Below are positions 21,599-30,586 of a DNA stretch of 64,000 nt, one piece after another. The notes under the pieces were generated by a model, which was not told the origin of the DNA, did not search any database, and worked only from the letters and a program-made list of their open reading frames with translations. The DNA is taken from sequence record MK250017.1; one strand, 5' to 3'. Numbering within the stretch: the stretch's first letter is position 1; each line of letters opens with the position of its first letter. A program made the position numbers and the translations under genes.

Positions 21599-22543
21599 AT
21601 GAGTGATTTTAAAACATTATTCGGACAAACAAATAATAATCAAGACGAGAAAAAGAATAATATTATTTCTGAACAGAATAATACATCTGTAGATGATTCT
21701 AATATTCAATCAAAGAATACAAATTCACAAGTAATTAATACTACAACTGATGGTAAATATGAATGTGAAGATGTAGATGTATTTAATTTTGTAAATATCA
21801 ATAAATCATTTGGTGATTTTAAGTTATTTGACAATCTTAATCTTACAATTAAAGACTTTAAAGATGAGGGACAATTCATTACATTTATAGGTCAATCTGG
21901 ATGTGGGAAAACTCAGCTTCTTAAGATGATCTCAGGAATCTCAAAACCTGATTCCGGTAAGATTATGTTATATGGTAAGGAAATTAAAGAATCTGATAAT
22001 ATACCTATGGTATTTCAGCAGTATTCAAGTTTTGAATGGATGACTGTTCTAGAAAATATCGCATTACCTATGAAACTTGCTGGTATTGATAAGAAAACGC
22101 GTGAAGAAAGAGCACGTAAAATTATTAATCTTATAGGTCTAGATGGTAGTGAAAATAAGTATTGTAGATATGGTGTATTATCTGGTGGTATGTTGCAACG
22201 AGCATCAATAGGTAGAGCATTAGCATGTGATTCGAAACTATTGATGTTAGATGAATATTCATCTGGTCTTGATTATTTTACAAAATTTGAACTTCAAGAT
22301 TTGCTTCTTAAAATTTTCAATAATAGAGATGTTGACAGAACATTTCTTATGGTAACGCATGATATTTCAGAGGCAGTTTACCTTTCTAATAGAATTTATA
22401 TTTTGGAACCAAAACCTTGTCGTATTAAGGAAGTTATTGATATTAAATTCAGTCAACCACGAACACAAGCTATTCGCGAAACAGATGAATTTAAAGAATA
22501 TTACGCAAAAGTTTTAAAGGCATTAAATGAAACTGTTAAGTAA
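21599..22543 (+). CDS. ABC transporter ATP-binding protein (SsuB/TauB-like)
   Basis: Walker A GQSGCGKT, Q-loop MVFQQYS, signature LSGGMLQR, Walker B LLMLDE, H-loop MVTHDISEAVYL. Confidence 0.92.
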   Translation: MSDFKTLFGQTNNNQDEKKNNIISEQNNTSVDDSNIQSKNTNSQVINTTTDGKYECEDVDVFNFVNINKSFGDFKLFDNLNLTIKDFKDEGQFITFIGQSGCGKTQLLKMISGISKPDSGKIMLYGKEIKESDNIPMVFQQYSSFEWMTVLENIALPMKLAGIDKKTREERARKIINLIGLDGSENKYCRYGVLSGGMLQRASIGRALACDSKLLMLDEYSSGLDYFTKFELQDLLLKIFNNRDVDRTFLMVTHDISEAVYLSNRIYILEPKPCRIKEVIDIKFSQPRTQAIRETDEFKEYYAKVLKALNETVK

Positions 22544-22554
22544 ATTAGATAATT

Positions 22555-22893
22555 ATGGGAAAACATATTTATACATTTGGTGACTTAGAAAAAGGTGATC
22601 ATATATTTAGATATAGAATTGTTAATGATAAAGCTAAAATTGAAACGTTAGTAATAGAAAATATTAAAATTAATAATAATAAAGCTATAATAAGTATAAA
22701 AGATTCTGGTACTATTTATACTATTGATAAAGATAGACAATATATTACTGGTGGTAATAATGATGATTGGTCTAGTTTTGCTCTTGTTTCTGATTATGAA
22801 TTAGTAGAATTTATGAAAACTATTATTAATATAACAAAACAACCTCTTATAAGAGCGCACACAAATATTATGGATTTTATATTAAATAAATGA
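22555..22893 (+). CDS. Hypothetical protein
   Basis: 112-aa ORF. Confidence 0.55.
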   Translation: MGKHIYTFGDLEKGDHIFRYRIVNDKAKIETLVIENIKINNNKAIISIKDSGTIYTIDKDRQYITGGNNDDWSSFALVSDYELVEFMKTIINITKQPLIRAHTNIMDFILNK

Positions 22894-22911
22894 AACTGTT
22901 AAATAAATTAT

Positions 22912-23223
22912 ATGGTATTTTCAGAATTAACAAATAATAATACAGTTACTATATATACAAAAAATGAGGTAAATACTTATTTTGTAAAACGAATAGAATC
23001 TAATAATGTATCAACAAATATATCATTAGAAGACTATAATTATATGATTACAGTTCCAAGAGATGTATCATTTTATATATTACATATAAATAATGATATT
23101 TCTATTATCACATGTGACAATAGAATAATTGAGTTAATTAATACGGTTAAGAGATTAACAAAAAATTCTATAGGTCTTCAACTAAATGAACTATTTGGAA
23201 ATGTATTCAAAACAAATATTTAA
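22912..23223 (+). CDS. Hypothetical protein, possible paralog of 22555-22893
   Basis: 103-aa ORF; MVFSELTNNNTV parallels YTFGDLEKGDHI with similar beta-rich spacing. Confidence 0.5.
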   Translation: MVFSELTNNNTVTIYTKNEVNTYFVKRIESNNVSTNISLEDYNYMITVPRDVSFYILHINNDISIITCDNRIIELINTVKRLTKNSIGLQLNELFGNVFKTNI

Positions 23224-23277
23224 TTATAAATCATGGGTATTTTTTATCCATGATTTTTTTATTTTGAATAAAATATG

Positions 23278-23285
23278 TATCTTTG
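23278..23285 (+). promoter_or_regulatory. TAnnTTTG promoter element
   Basis: TATCTTTG just after a terminator hairpin (23228-23256) and before ORF 23312. Confidence 0.65.
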
Positions 23286-23311
23286 TATTATTAATAAAAT
23301 AATTAATTATT

Positions 23312-23836
23312 ATGAAGCAGTCTAAATTGTATACTAAGAATGAAGGAGGAAATTGTCATAGAGGTCATAATCATGGTTCTGAAAAGAAATACAGATCTCG
23401 ATATGATAGACATAAAAAGATTACAAAATTTGAAATTGATAATGAAATAACAAGGAAGAAATCTCATTATAATAAAAATAAACGAACAAATTATGATTAT
23501 GGACCTCTATATAATTACTTACTTAAACAAGTAGGAAAGAAATGGGAAACTGTATGGAAAGATATATTTCCACGTGTTGATAACAATTCTGAACCTATTT
23601 TATATATGGTTATAAATATAAATACACATGGAGTTGTTATTACACATGATATAAGTAATGCAGAACCTATGTTTAATTGTTCATTATATAATAATGGTGT
23701 TCGTTCTTATTCAACATTATATGTTGATGAAAATGATATATTACAATTTGTTGATAAAGATTTCAAACCCAATGATAGATATGAAGGTCTTGGCTTTGGA
23801 CAATCTTTCAATGGAAAAGAAATTTCTACCATATAA
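23312..23836 (+). CDS. Hypothetical protein
   Basis: 174-aa ORF, basic N-terminus, DYGPLYNYLLKQVGKKWE...STLYVDENDILQFV. Confidence 0.65.
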   Translation: MKQSKLYTKNEGGNCHRGHNHGSEKKYRSRYDRHKKITKFEIDNEITRKKSHYNKNKRTNYDYGPLYNYLLKQVGKKWETVWKDIFPRVDNNSEPILYMVININTHGVVITHDISNAEPMFNCSLYNNGVRSYSTLYVDENDILQFVDKDFKPNDRYEGLGFGQSFNGKEISTI

Positions 23837-23857
23837 TTTTTTTATTTGGAATAAAAG

Positions 23858-23907
23858 GTGTATCTTTGTATTGTTAATGAAATAATAAACAATTAAAAAT
23901 ATAAAGA
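23858..23907 (+). promoter_or_regulatory. Promoter and leader module, copy 1 (repeated at 26592-26641)
   Basis: gtgtatctttgtattgttaatgaaataataaacaattaaaaatataaaga; 49 of 50 bases identical to copy 2; contains TATCTTTG. Confidence 0.75.
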
Positions 23908-23910
23908 AAA

Positions 23911-24237
23911 ATGAGAGCAAATTTCACAACAGTTATCAAAAAGAGAGCAATTAAAAATGTACCAGCATTTCATGAGTTCTCTATGAGACAGATTAAGGTT
24001 ATTAGTAATTCAGCTAATTATCCAAATTCTGTTACATTGTCTATGGACATTTATTGTGATAATGTTGATGGATATATTTTCAATAATGCATCTACAAATG
24101 AGCAATATGCACTTACTGCAATTCAACTCAGTAAAGCATTACAGAAGATGATAAATAATAGAAAATGTTATAAGCCTAATAGTGAATCTGATTTACTTAG
24201 ACTTACATTTGATATTATTGAATCTTTTAAATTTTAA
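23911..24237 (+). CDS. Hypothetical protein
   Basis: 108-aa ORF downstream of the promoter module. Confidence 0.6.
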   Translation: MRANFTTVIKKRAIKNVPAFHEFSMRQIKVISNSANYPNSVTLSMDIYCDNVDGYIFNNASTNEQYALTAIQLSKALQKMINNRKCYKPNSESDLLRLTFDIIESFKF

Positions 24238-24479
24238 TTGATTTAATGTAGACAATAATAAGATATTAGTATATAATATATAAATTGTTTAATGAAACAA
24301 ATTAATGAATTTAAAATTAAATTNNNNNNNNNNNNNNNNNNNNNNNNNNAATTAATAATAAATAACATATAAATAATATAACAATTAAAAACAAACGCTT
24401 ATTTAATTTTCGTAGCGTTATGGATAAGTTGAATGAAAATTCAGAAATTCCTTTTAGGACGAAGATACTAGTTATGTAT

Positions 24480-24565
24480 GCCAAGATGGTGGAATAGGTA
24501 GACACGCTAGACTTAAAATCTCGTGGACTGAAAAGTCCGTACGGGTTCGAGTCCCGTTCTTGGTA
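24480..24565 (+). tRNA. trnL: tRNA-Leu (anticodon TAA), CCA not encoded
   Basis: Acceptor GCCAAGA/TCTTGGT+A, D-loop GGAATAGGTAGAC, anticodon loop CTTAAAA, long variable arm TGGACTGAAAAGTCCG, T-loop GGTTCGAGTCC; followed by CAA. Confidence 0.93.
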
Positions 24566-24621
24566 CAAAAATTATTATAGAGAATAAACAACATATGTTT
24601 ATTCTCTATTTTTTATATAAT

Positions 24622-25398
24622 ATGGCATATATAAATTTACATAAAATATCTGATACTTTATATAAATGTGATTGTGGAAAAGAATTTAATTCTGCACGTT
24701 CATTAGCATCTCATGCTAGATTTTGTAATTAGTATATAAAAGTAGATAAAACGACAATATATAAACAAAATGATGTATATAAATGTGAATGTGGTAACAC
24801 ATTTAAAAATTATTAGAGTTTTAATGCACATTTATCACATTGTGATATTCATCATAATTATAATAATACTACAAGAAAATTAAGACCATCTGAATTATAT
24901 CATACAATGTCATGGGATAATAAATCATTATTTGAAATAGAAATGATTAGATAGAGATCTGGACAAACATTTTCAAAAAAACAAAAAGCTGGAGAAATAA
25001 TTAATTGGTGGAAAAATAGGCATTTAACAAATTTACATAAATTACATATACGCGAAGGTATGTTAAATTATTTAGATAATTTATATGATACACATATATA
25101 GGCGCATTATAATAAAAAATCTATTTAGTTTATAAATGATTTAAATCTAAAAAATAATTGGCATTTACAACATGCTGAAAACGGAGGAGAAATACGTTGT
25201 TTAGGATATTTTTTAGATGGATATGATAAGGAAAAAAATATTGTATTTGAATATGATGAATCTAGACATTATATAGATGTTTATAATAATATATTAAGTA
25301 AAAAAGATATAGAACGACAAAATAACATTATTGATAAATTACATTGTCAATTTTGGAGATATAATGAAAAAATAAAATTATTATATAGAGTATATTAA
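24622..25398 (+). CDS. Homing-endonuclease-like protein: two C2H2-like Zn fingers plus PD-(D/E)xK domain (258 aa, TAG=Gln)
   Basis: CDCGKEF...SHARFC and CECGNTF...AHLSHC; GYFLDGYDKEKNIVFEYDESRH; 5 in-frame TAGs. Confidence 0.75.
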
Positions 25399-25400
25399 TC

Positions 25401-26537
25401 ATGATTACAATAACAGAACAATATATAAAGGATTATAAAGATAAGTTAGATAAAATAGCAAAGTCATTCGATTTGGATAAACAGAAGATAATCGTTGAAG
25501 AATTATCTATTAAAGTTTCAGCACCAGATTTTTGGGATGATTTTGAAAATGCAACAACTATTACAAAGGAACTTAATACAGCAAAAGAAAAGATTAAAGA
25601 TGTTTCACATATCAATATATTAATAGATGATCTTGAAACTGCTTTAATGTATTATAAAGAGTTTGAAGGTAAGGATGAAGAAGAACTTGTTAATCTTGCT
25701 AATGATGAATTAATTAAAGAATTTAAAATATTTGAAAACAAATATAGATTTGTAGATCCGACTGATTCATTGGGAGCAGTATTAGATATTAATGCAGGTG
25801 CAGGTGGAACAGAAGCAAATGATTGGGCAAATATGTTATTCAGAATGTATGATATGTGGGCTAAATCAAATGGTTATAAATTTAAGATTTTATATTATTC
25901 AGAAGGTGATAAAGTAGGTATTAAAAATGTATCTATTGAAATTACCGGTAATAATGCATATGGTACATTAAAAGGTGAAACTGGTGTTCATCGTCTTGTT
26001 CGTGTTTCTCCTTATAATGCGCAGGGAAAGAGAATGACAAGTTTTGCGGCAGTTTCTGTTGTTCCGTTGGTAGATAATTCAATTAAAGTTGAAATTGATG
26101 AGTCTAAATTAACAATAGATACATTTAGATCTTCTGGTGCCGGTGGACAAAATGTTAATAAAGTTGAATCAGGTGTACGTGTAAATTATATGTATACAGA
26201 TCCTGATACAGGTGAAACTGAAAAGATTCAGGTTGCAAATACAGAAACGCGTGATCAACCAAAAAATAAGGAACGTGCAATGCAAATTCTTAAATCTATT
26301 CTTTATAAAAAAGCGTTAGATAAACAGCTTGCAAAGAAAAAGGAAATTGAAGATGCTAAACTAAAAAATGAATGGGGTGCACAGATTAGATCTTATGTAT
26401 TTGATGATAAGCGTGTAAAGGATCATCGTACTGGTTATCAAACAACTGATGTTGATTCTGTTATGAATGGAAATTTAAATGGATTTATAGAATCTTATAA
26501 TAATTGGATAATTGAGCAGGAAAATAATAAACTTTAA
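25401..26537 (+). CDS. prfB: Peptide chain release factor 2
   Basis: GAGGTEANDWANML, GETGVHRLVRVSPY (RF2 SPF-type specificity motif, SPY), SSGAGGQNVNKVESGVR (GGQ), WGAQIRSYV. Confidence 0.95.
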   Translation: MITITEQYIKDYKDKLDKIAKSFDLDKQKIIVEELSIKVSAPDFWDDFENATTITKELNTAKEKIKDVSHINILIDDLETALMYYKEFEGKDEEELVNLANDELIKEFKIFENKYRFVDPTDSLGAVLDINAGAGGTEANDWANMLFRMYDMWAKSNGYKFKILYYSEGDKVGIKNVSIEITGNNAYGTLKGETGVHRLVRVSPYNAQGKRMTSFAAVSVVPLVDNSIKVEIDESKLTIDTFRSSGAGGQNVNKVESGVRVNYMYTDPDTGETEKIQVANTETRDQPKNKERAMQILKSILYKKALDKQLAKKKEIEDAKLKNEWGAQIRSYVFDDKRVKDHRTGYQTTDVDSVMNGNLNGFIESYNNWIIEQENNKL

Positions 26538-26591
26538 TATATATTCATTATATAAGTATTTAATGAATTATTTTTCTATTTAAATAAAAAT

Positions 26592-26641
26592 GTGTATCTT
26601 TGTATTGTTAATGAAATAATAAACAGTTAAAAATATAAAGA
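26592..26641 (+). promoter_or_regulatory. Promoter and leader module, copy 2
   Basis: Near-identical to 23858-23907; contains TATCTTTG. Confidence 0.75.
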
Positions 26642-26642
26642 T

Positions 26643-26861
26643 ATGAAAATTAAGGTTGGTAGAAATAATGAGTTCGTAGAACTTGAAGAATATGATTCAA
26701 TTGTAATTATTGATGATAATGGTCATGAATTTCGTATCTCACCTACACAGAAATGTTGGGGTAAGGGTTTTGAAATTAATGATCCTGATGGAAGTTTGGT
26801 AATTCGTCCATGTGTATCTAATGAAGTAATGGTATTCTCATCTTCAGATGTTGGTTTGTAA
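26643..26861 (+). CDS. Hypothetical protein
   Basis: 72-aa ORF right after the promoter module. Confidence 0.6.
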   Translation: MKIKVGRNNEFVELEEYDSIVIIDDNGHEFRISPTQKCWGKGFEINDPDGSLVIRPCVSNEVMVFSSSDVGL

Positions 26862-26940
26862 ATTATAACTTTCATTAATAACACAATCACAATAATTATT
26901 ATTTTACAGTTTGATTTTAAACTAAATTTAATTATTATAT

Positions 26941-27492
26941 ATGAGTTGTCATACTTGGGTTTACAAACGTATTGATTCAATGTCTCGTGAAGAGATTAAT
27001 CAAGAAATTGATTGTGTTATTAATGAACGTTTATCTCGTGCATACATGAGTGAAAATGAAGATGAATATGCAAATAAAATGGTTAAGTTAACAAAAGACA
27101 GTTCAATTTCTCCATTATCATATTCAGATGCAATTAAACGATATAAAGAAGCACGATATGAAACATCACTTATTGTAAAGAAATTACATGAAGCTAAACG
27201 TACAGGTGATTTATCTCTTATAACAGATATAAATGGATTTGATACAGCTGAAAATAATACATATCTATTTTTATGTAATGATATGCCATTTAGATGTTAT
27301 GAATATACATATAAACAATGTCATAATAAAGATGAACTTATTGAATTTGTACATACAGTTGAGCCAAATAATATTGCAATATATGATGAAAATAATAATC
27401 AGCATATAGGTATTCCTGAAGACATAGATGAACGAATATCTGATTTTTTTGATAAACATGGTATTAACAATTTATTAATTGAATTTGGTTGA
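26941..27492 (+). CDS. Hypothetical protein
   Basis: 183-aa ORF. Confidence 0.65.
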   Translation: MSCHTWVYKRIDSMSREEINQEIDCVINERLSRAYMSENEDEYANKMVKLTKDSSISPLSYSDAIKRYKEARYETSLIVKKLHEAKRTGDLSLITDINGFDTAENNTYLFLCNDMPFRCYEYTYKQCHNKDELIEFVHTVEPNNIAIYDENNNQHIGIPEDIDERISDFFDKHGINNLLIEFG

Positions 27493-27493
27493 T

Positions 27494-27946
27494 ATGAGAA
27501 CAAATATAGATTTACATACTATTGCAATGAACTATACAAATTGTAATATTGAACTTGATTCATTTTCATTACTTTGTTGTCTTGATGAAATAGGATTTAC
27601 ATATCCAAAAACAAACAAATATTTAAATGTTGGTGCATGTAGGAATTTAAGAGAATTTAATGAAATACATGATAAAATATATTATTATATGATTTATGAT
27701 TTTCTACGTTCTACATATGGTATTTCAGTAACATTTTTTGAAGGTAAATCTATTTCTTATAACGAACGAGGTGTAATAGAAAAAGTTGAAATTGAAGGAA
27801 TGGATAAAGAATCTGACATATATATGATTATATCAAATATGGTATTTGATAATATTGATGTAGCATATAAGACTGTTGCACATATGATTGTATCAGATTT
27901 AAATTGGAGACATATTCAAAAGAAAAATTTTTCTAAGATAAAATAA
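27494..27946 (+). CDS. Hypothetical protein
   Basis: ATG 27494 directly follows the upstream TGA. Confidence 0.6.
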   Translation: MRTNIDLHTIAMNYTNCNIELDSFSLLCCLDEIGFTYPKTNKYLNVGACRNLREFNEIHDKIYYYMIYDFLRSTYGISVTFFEGKSISYNERGVIEKVEIEGMDKESDIYMIISNMVFDNIDVAYKTVAHMIVSDLNWRHIQKKNFSKIK

Positions 27947-28016
27947 GACTTTATTATTAAACACATATATAAAGAATAATTAATTTAACATATTAACTTT
28001 TAAATTTAGATTTAGC

Positions 28017-28580
28017 ATGGGATTATTTGAACTTTTTAATAAGAAAAATGCTGCAGATGTAAGTACATTGTTTACAGATGAAAATAAAGTTTCTATTTCA
28101 GCAGCAGATGCATATAAGAAGTCTCGCTATGGTATCTTGAAATCTGATAAGATGATGCTTGAGGAATTCTTTACTGATGTAAAACTTATGGTTGAGCAGA
28201 AGAATATGGAGCGTAGTTATTGTGGTATGCTTCAGCTTGATGATGACATTATTAAGTTTCTTCCTCGTATTAAGGATCGATTAATGCGTCAACTTGGATT
28301 TAAGGTAATCATTCTTGATGATAATTCTGTTATTACAAATAAAGAATTGAAGTCAGAAGATACAATTAAAACAGGTAGTACATTTGTTTTGCTTGTATGG
28401 AATAAACAGGCAATTGAGGAAGTTGAAGAAATGAAAGCAAACAATTTGTTGGAACCTATTTCAGATGACTCATCAATTGCAACAGAAACAGTAGATTCGA
28501 TTAAGGATGAAAAGAAAGAGGAAATAACTCCTGCTATTTCTGGAAATTCTAATCCTATTAAGAAACATCTTAATAGTTAA
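28017..28580 (+). CDS. Hypothetical protein
   Basis: 187-aa ORF using AAG/CTT/CAG/CGT codons like the other apparently highly expressed genes. Confidence 0.7.
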   Translation: MGLFELFNKKNAADVSTLFTDENKVSISAADAYKKSRYGILKSDKMMLEEFFTDVKLMVEQKNMERSYCGMLQLDDDIIKFLPRIKDRLMRQLGFKVIILDDNSVITNKELKSEDTIKTGSTFVLLVWNKQAIEEVEEMKANNLLEPISDDSSIATETVDSIKDEKKEEITPAISGNSNPIKKHLNS

Positions 28581-28898
28581 AAAAATTGTTAAAATATAGA
28601 CTTTTTAAGTATTAAGACATATAAATAATAAGAAGAGAAAAATGGTGATTATATGATTATACATAAGATGCTTTTTAATTATCCTTAGTTTTTAAATGTA
28701 TAATCATTTCCGTTTAAATGTTTTGGTTTTGGATAATTAACAATCATTTAAACAAATTAAAAAGAAGGGAGTGTTTATCACTTAGATAAACACAAAAGAA
28801 GAAAAGGAAAGATAGATGATAAGGGTGAAAGTCGTTGTGATAACGGTTTTCACTCATTTTTTTATTATTTAATATTTTTATATTTAAATAAAAATGTG

Positions 28899-28906
28899 TA
28901 TCTTTG
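28899..28906 (+). promoter_or_regulatory. TAnnTTTG promoter element
   Basis: TATCTTTG upstream of ORF 28946. Confidence 0.6.
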
Positions 28907-28945
28907 TAATATACTATAATAGTAATTATTAAAATTAATTTATAT

Positions 28946-30535
28946 ATGAAATATTTGTTGAATTGGATCGAAAAAGAATTAAATCCAGAACGGCATGTAA
29001 GTTCAAAAACAACATCATCTGAATATTTTTATTTTTATGGTGCAAAAGTTCGATTTGCTGATCATATTTCAGATAGAAATGATAGTGATTTGGAAATTAT
29101 ATTAGTAAAGGATTTAACTGGTCAAAATAAACATTATCTGATAAAAGAACAGAATTATCCTGCAATGGTATCTGTTCCTGATGTAAAAACTTTAAAAATT
29201 GTATTATCTACATTTATATTCCAATTTAAGAATAGATATTCAGATAATATAGTAAAAGAAGCAAATAAGTCAGAAGAGAATAAAAAAATATTAAATACTT
29301 GTTTAAATCAGCTACGTTCAAATAATAATGCTAATTTAGATATATTTCAAACATTTGATAAATGCATTTATAGTATTATTCCTCAATGGCATAATATGAA
29401 ACAAATATATAGAATTATATTCATGCATTTATTTAAATTATGTGGTGATATTGACAGTATTAAGAATATTATTGATGTAGAATTTCCAAATGATAACCAA
29501 AATGATTGGCATCATAAGAATACTAATGATATTATTAATATATTAGTAACATATTTTCCTGATGATTATAATATCAGAAATATTATTGGATTAGACGAAA
29601 CTATTAGTCCTAAAGAAAAATTTGCTAATTGTTTTAATGAATACTATAAGAATCTTGATATTAATATAGAAGATATGAAGGAAGAAGATAAATCTAAATT
29701 CTTAAATGCATTTGGAAGTCTTCTTGCATTAGATACAAAAAATAAATATGCTAAATGTTCAGATCATCAAAAGAAGTATATCCGTTCATTACTTAATGAA
29801 CATATATCATATGATAATATTTTGAAATTTGTGAATAGTATATTTGATGTTATGTTTACACCAAAGATGAAACATAAAAACGATGCGCCACAAATGAAAG
29901 TTATTGTTGATAAATTCTTGCGGTTGTATAATATTGGAATTATTAAATTCCCAAATGAATATGACTTTGATTCTACTTATAACAATAATTTTAATCATAT
30001 TGATGTAACACAGGAAGAATCTACTGATATTGAAAAAACTACTGATGATACTACTATTAGTGAAAATATAGAAGTAACAGAAGTTAAAGAACCATGTAAT
30101 GATATTCAATATGAAACTATAGTAGATTATATTCCTGATACTGATATTACTATTAAAGATTCATATAATTATGCATCTACAGAATTTGATGATATTCAAG
30201 ATATTCATGAAATGTTTGAACATAATCAAATTAATATACTTAATGATGTAATTAAGAAAATTAATGATACCAATAAGTATACATCATTTGAAACTAGACG
30301 TATTACTGATATATTTGCATCACATTATTCAGATATATGGGAGAAACTTACATGGACACAAAAAGAACTTTGCTCATCTATTATAACAAATGAACGAATG
30401 AATTTGAGTGAAACTGATTATATTATCAATAAAATATTTGATAAAACATCGTTTAATTTCCCTGTAACGGAACTTTGTCGTAAATATATAAAAGAATATA
30501 GTCAACGTATAAAGGAGAGCCGTATGGCTGCTTAA
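28946..30535 (+). CDS. Hypothetical protein (529 aa)
   Basis: TAG-free long ORF with an acidic linker. Confidence 0.7.
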   Translation: MKYLLNWIEKELNPERHVSSKTTSSEYFYFYGAKVRFADHISDRNDSDLEIILVKDLTGQNKHYLIKEQNYPAMVSVPDVKTLKIVLSTFIFQFKNRYSDNIVKEANKSEENKKILNTCLNQLRSNNNANLDIFQTFDKCIYSIIPQWHNMKQIYRIIFMHLFKLCGDIDSIKNIIDVEFPNDNQNDWHHKNTNDIINILVTYFPDDYNIRNIIGLDETISPKEKFANCFNEYYKNLDINIEDMKEEDKSKFLNAFGSLLALDTKNKYAKCSDHQKKYIRSLLNEHISYDNILKFVNSIFDVMFTPKMKHKNDAPQMKVIVDKFLRLYNIGIIKFPNEYDFDSTYNNNFNHIDVTQEESTDIEKTTDDTTISENIEVTEVKEPCNDIQYETIVDYIPDTDITIKDSYNYASTEFDDIQDIHEMFEHNQINILNDVIKKINDTNKYTSFETRRITDIFASHYSDIWEKLTWTQKELCSSIITNERMNLSETDYIINKIFDKTSFNFPVTELCRKYIKEYSQRIKESRMAA

Positions 30536-30542
30536 AATAAGA

Positions 30543-30580
30543 AATAGGATAGATATACTAATACAGTTATCTATCCTATT
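30543..30580. terminator. Bidirectional terminator between convergent blocks
   Basis: aataggatagata / tatctatcctatt. Confidence 0.7.
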
Positions 30581-30586
30581 TTATTT

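Noticed and set aside
24323-24349. Possible suppressor tRNA (CTA anticodon) near the tRNA-Leu
   Set aside because: No second cloverleaf is visible; the N-gap could hide sequence but nothing can be claimed
24317-24568. 83-aa minus-strand ORF (MYQERDSNPYGLFSPRDFKS...)
   Set aside because: It is the reverse complement of tRNA-Leu and runs into the N-gap
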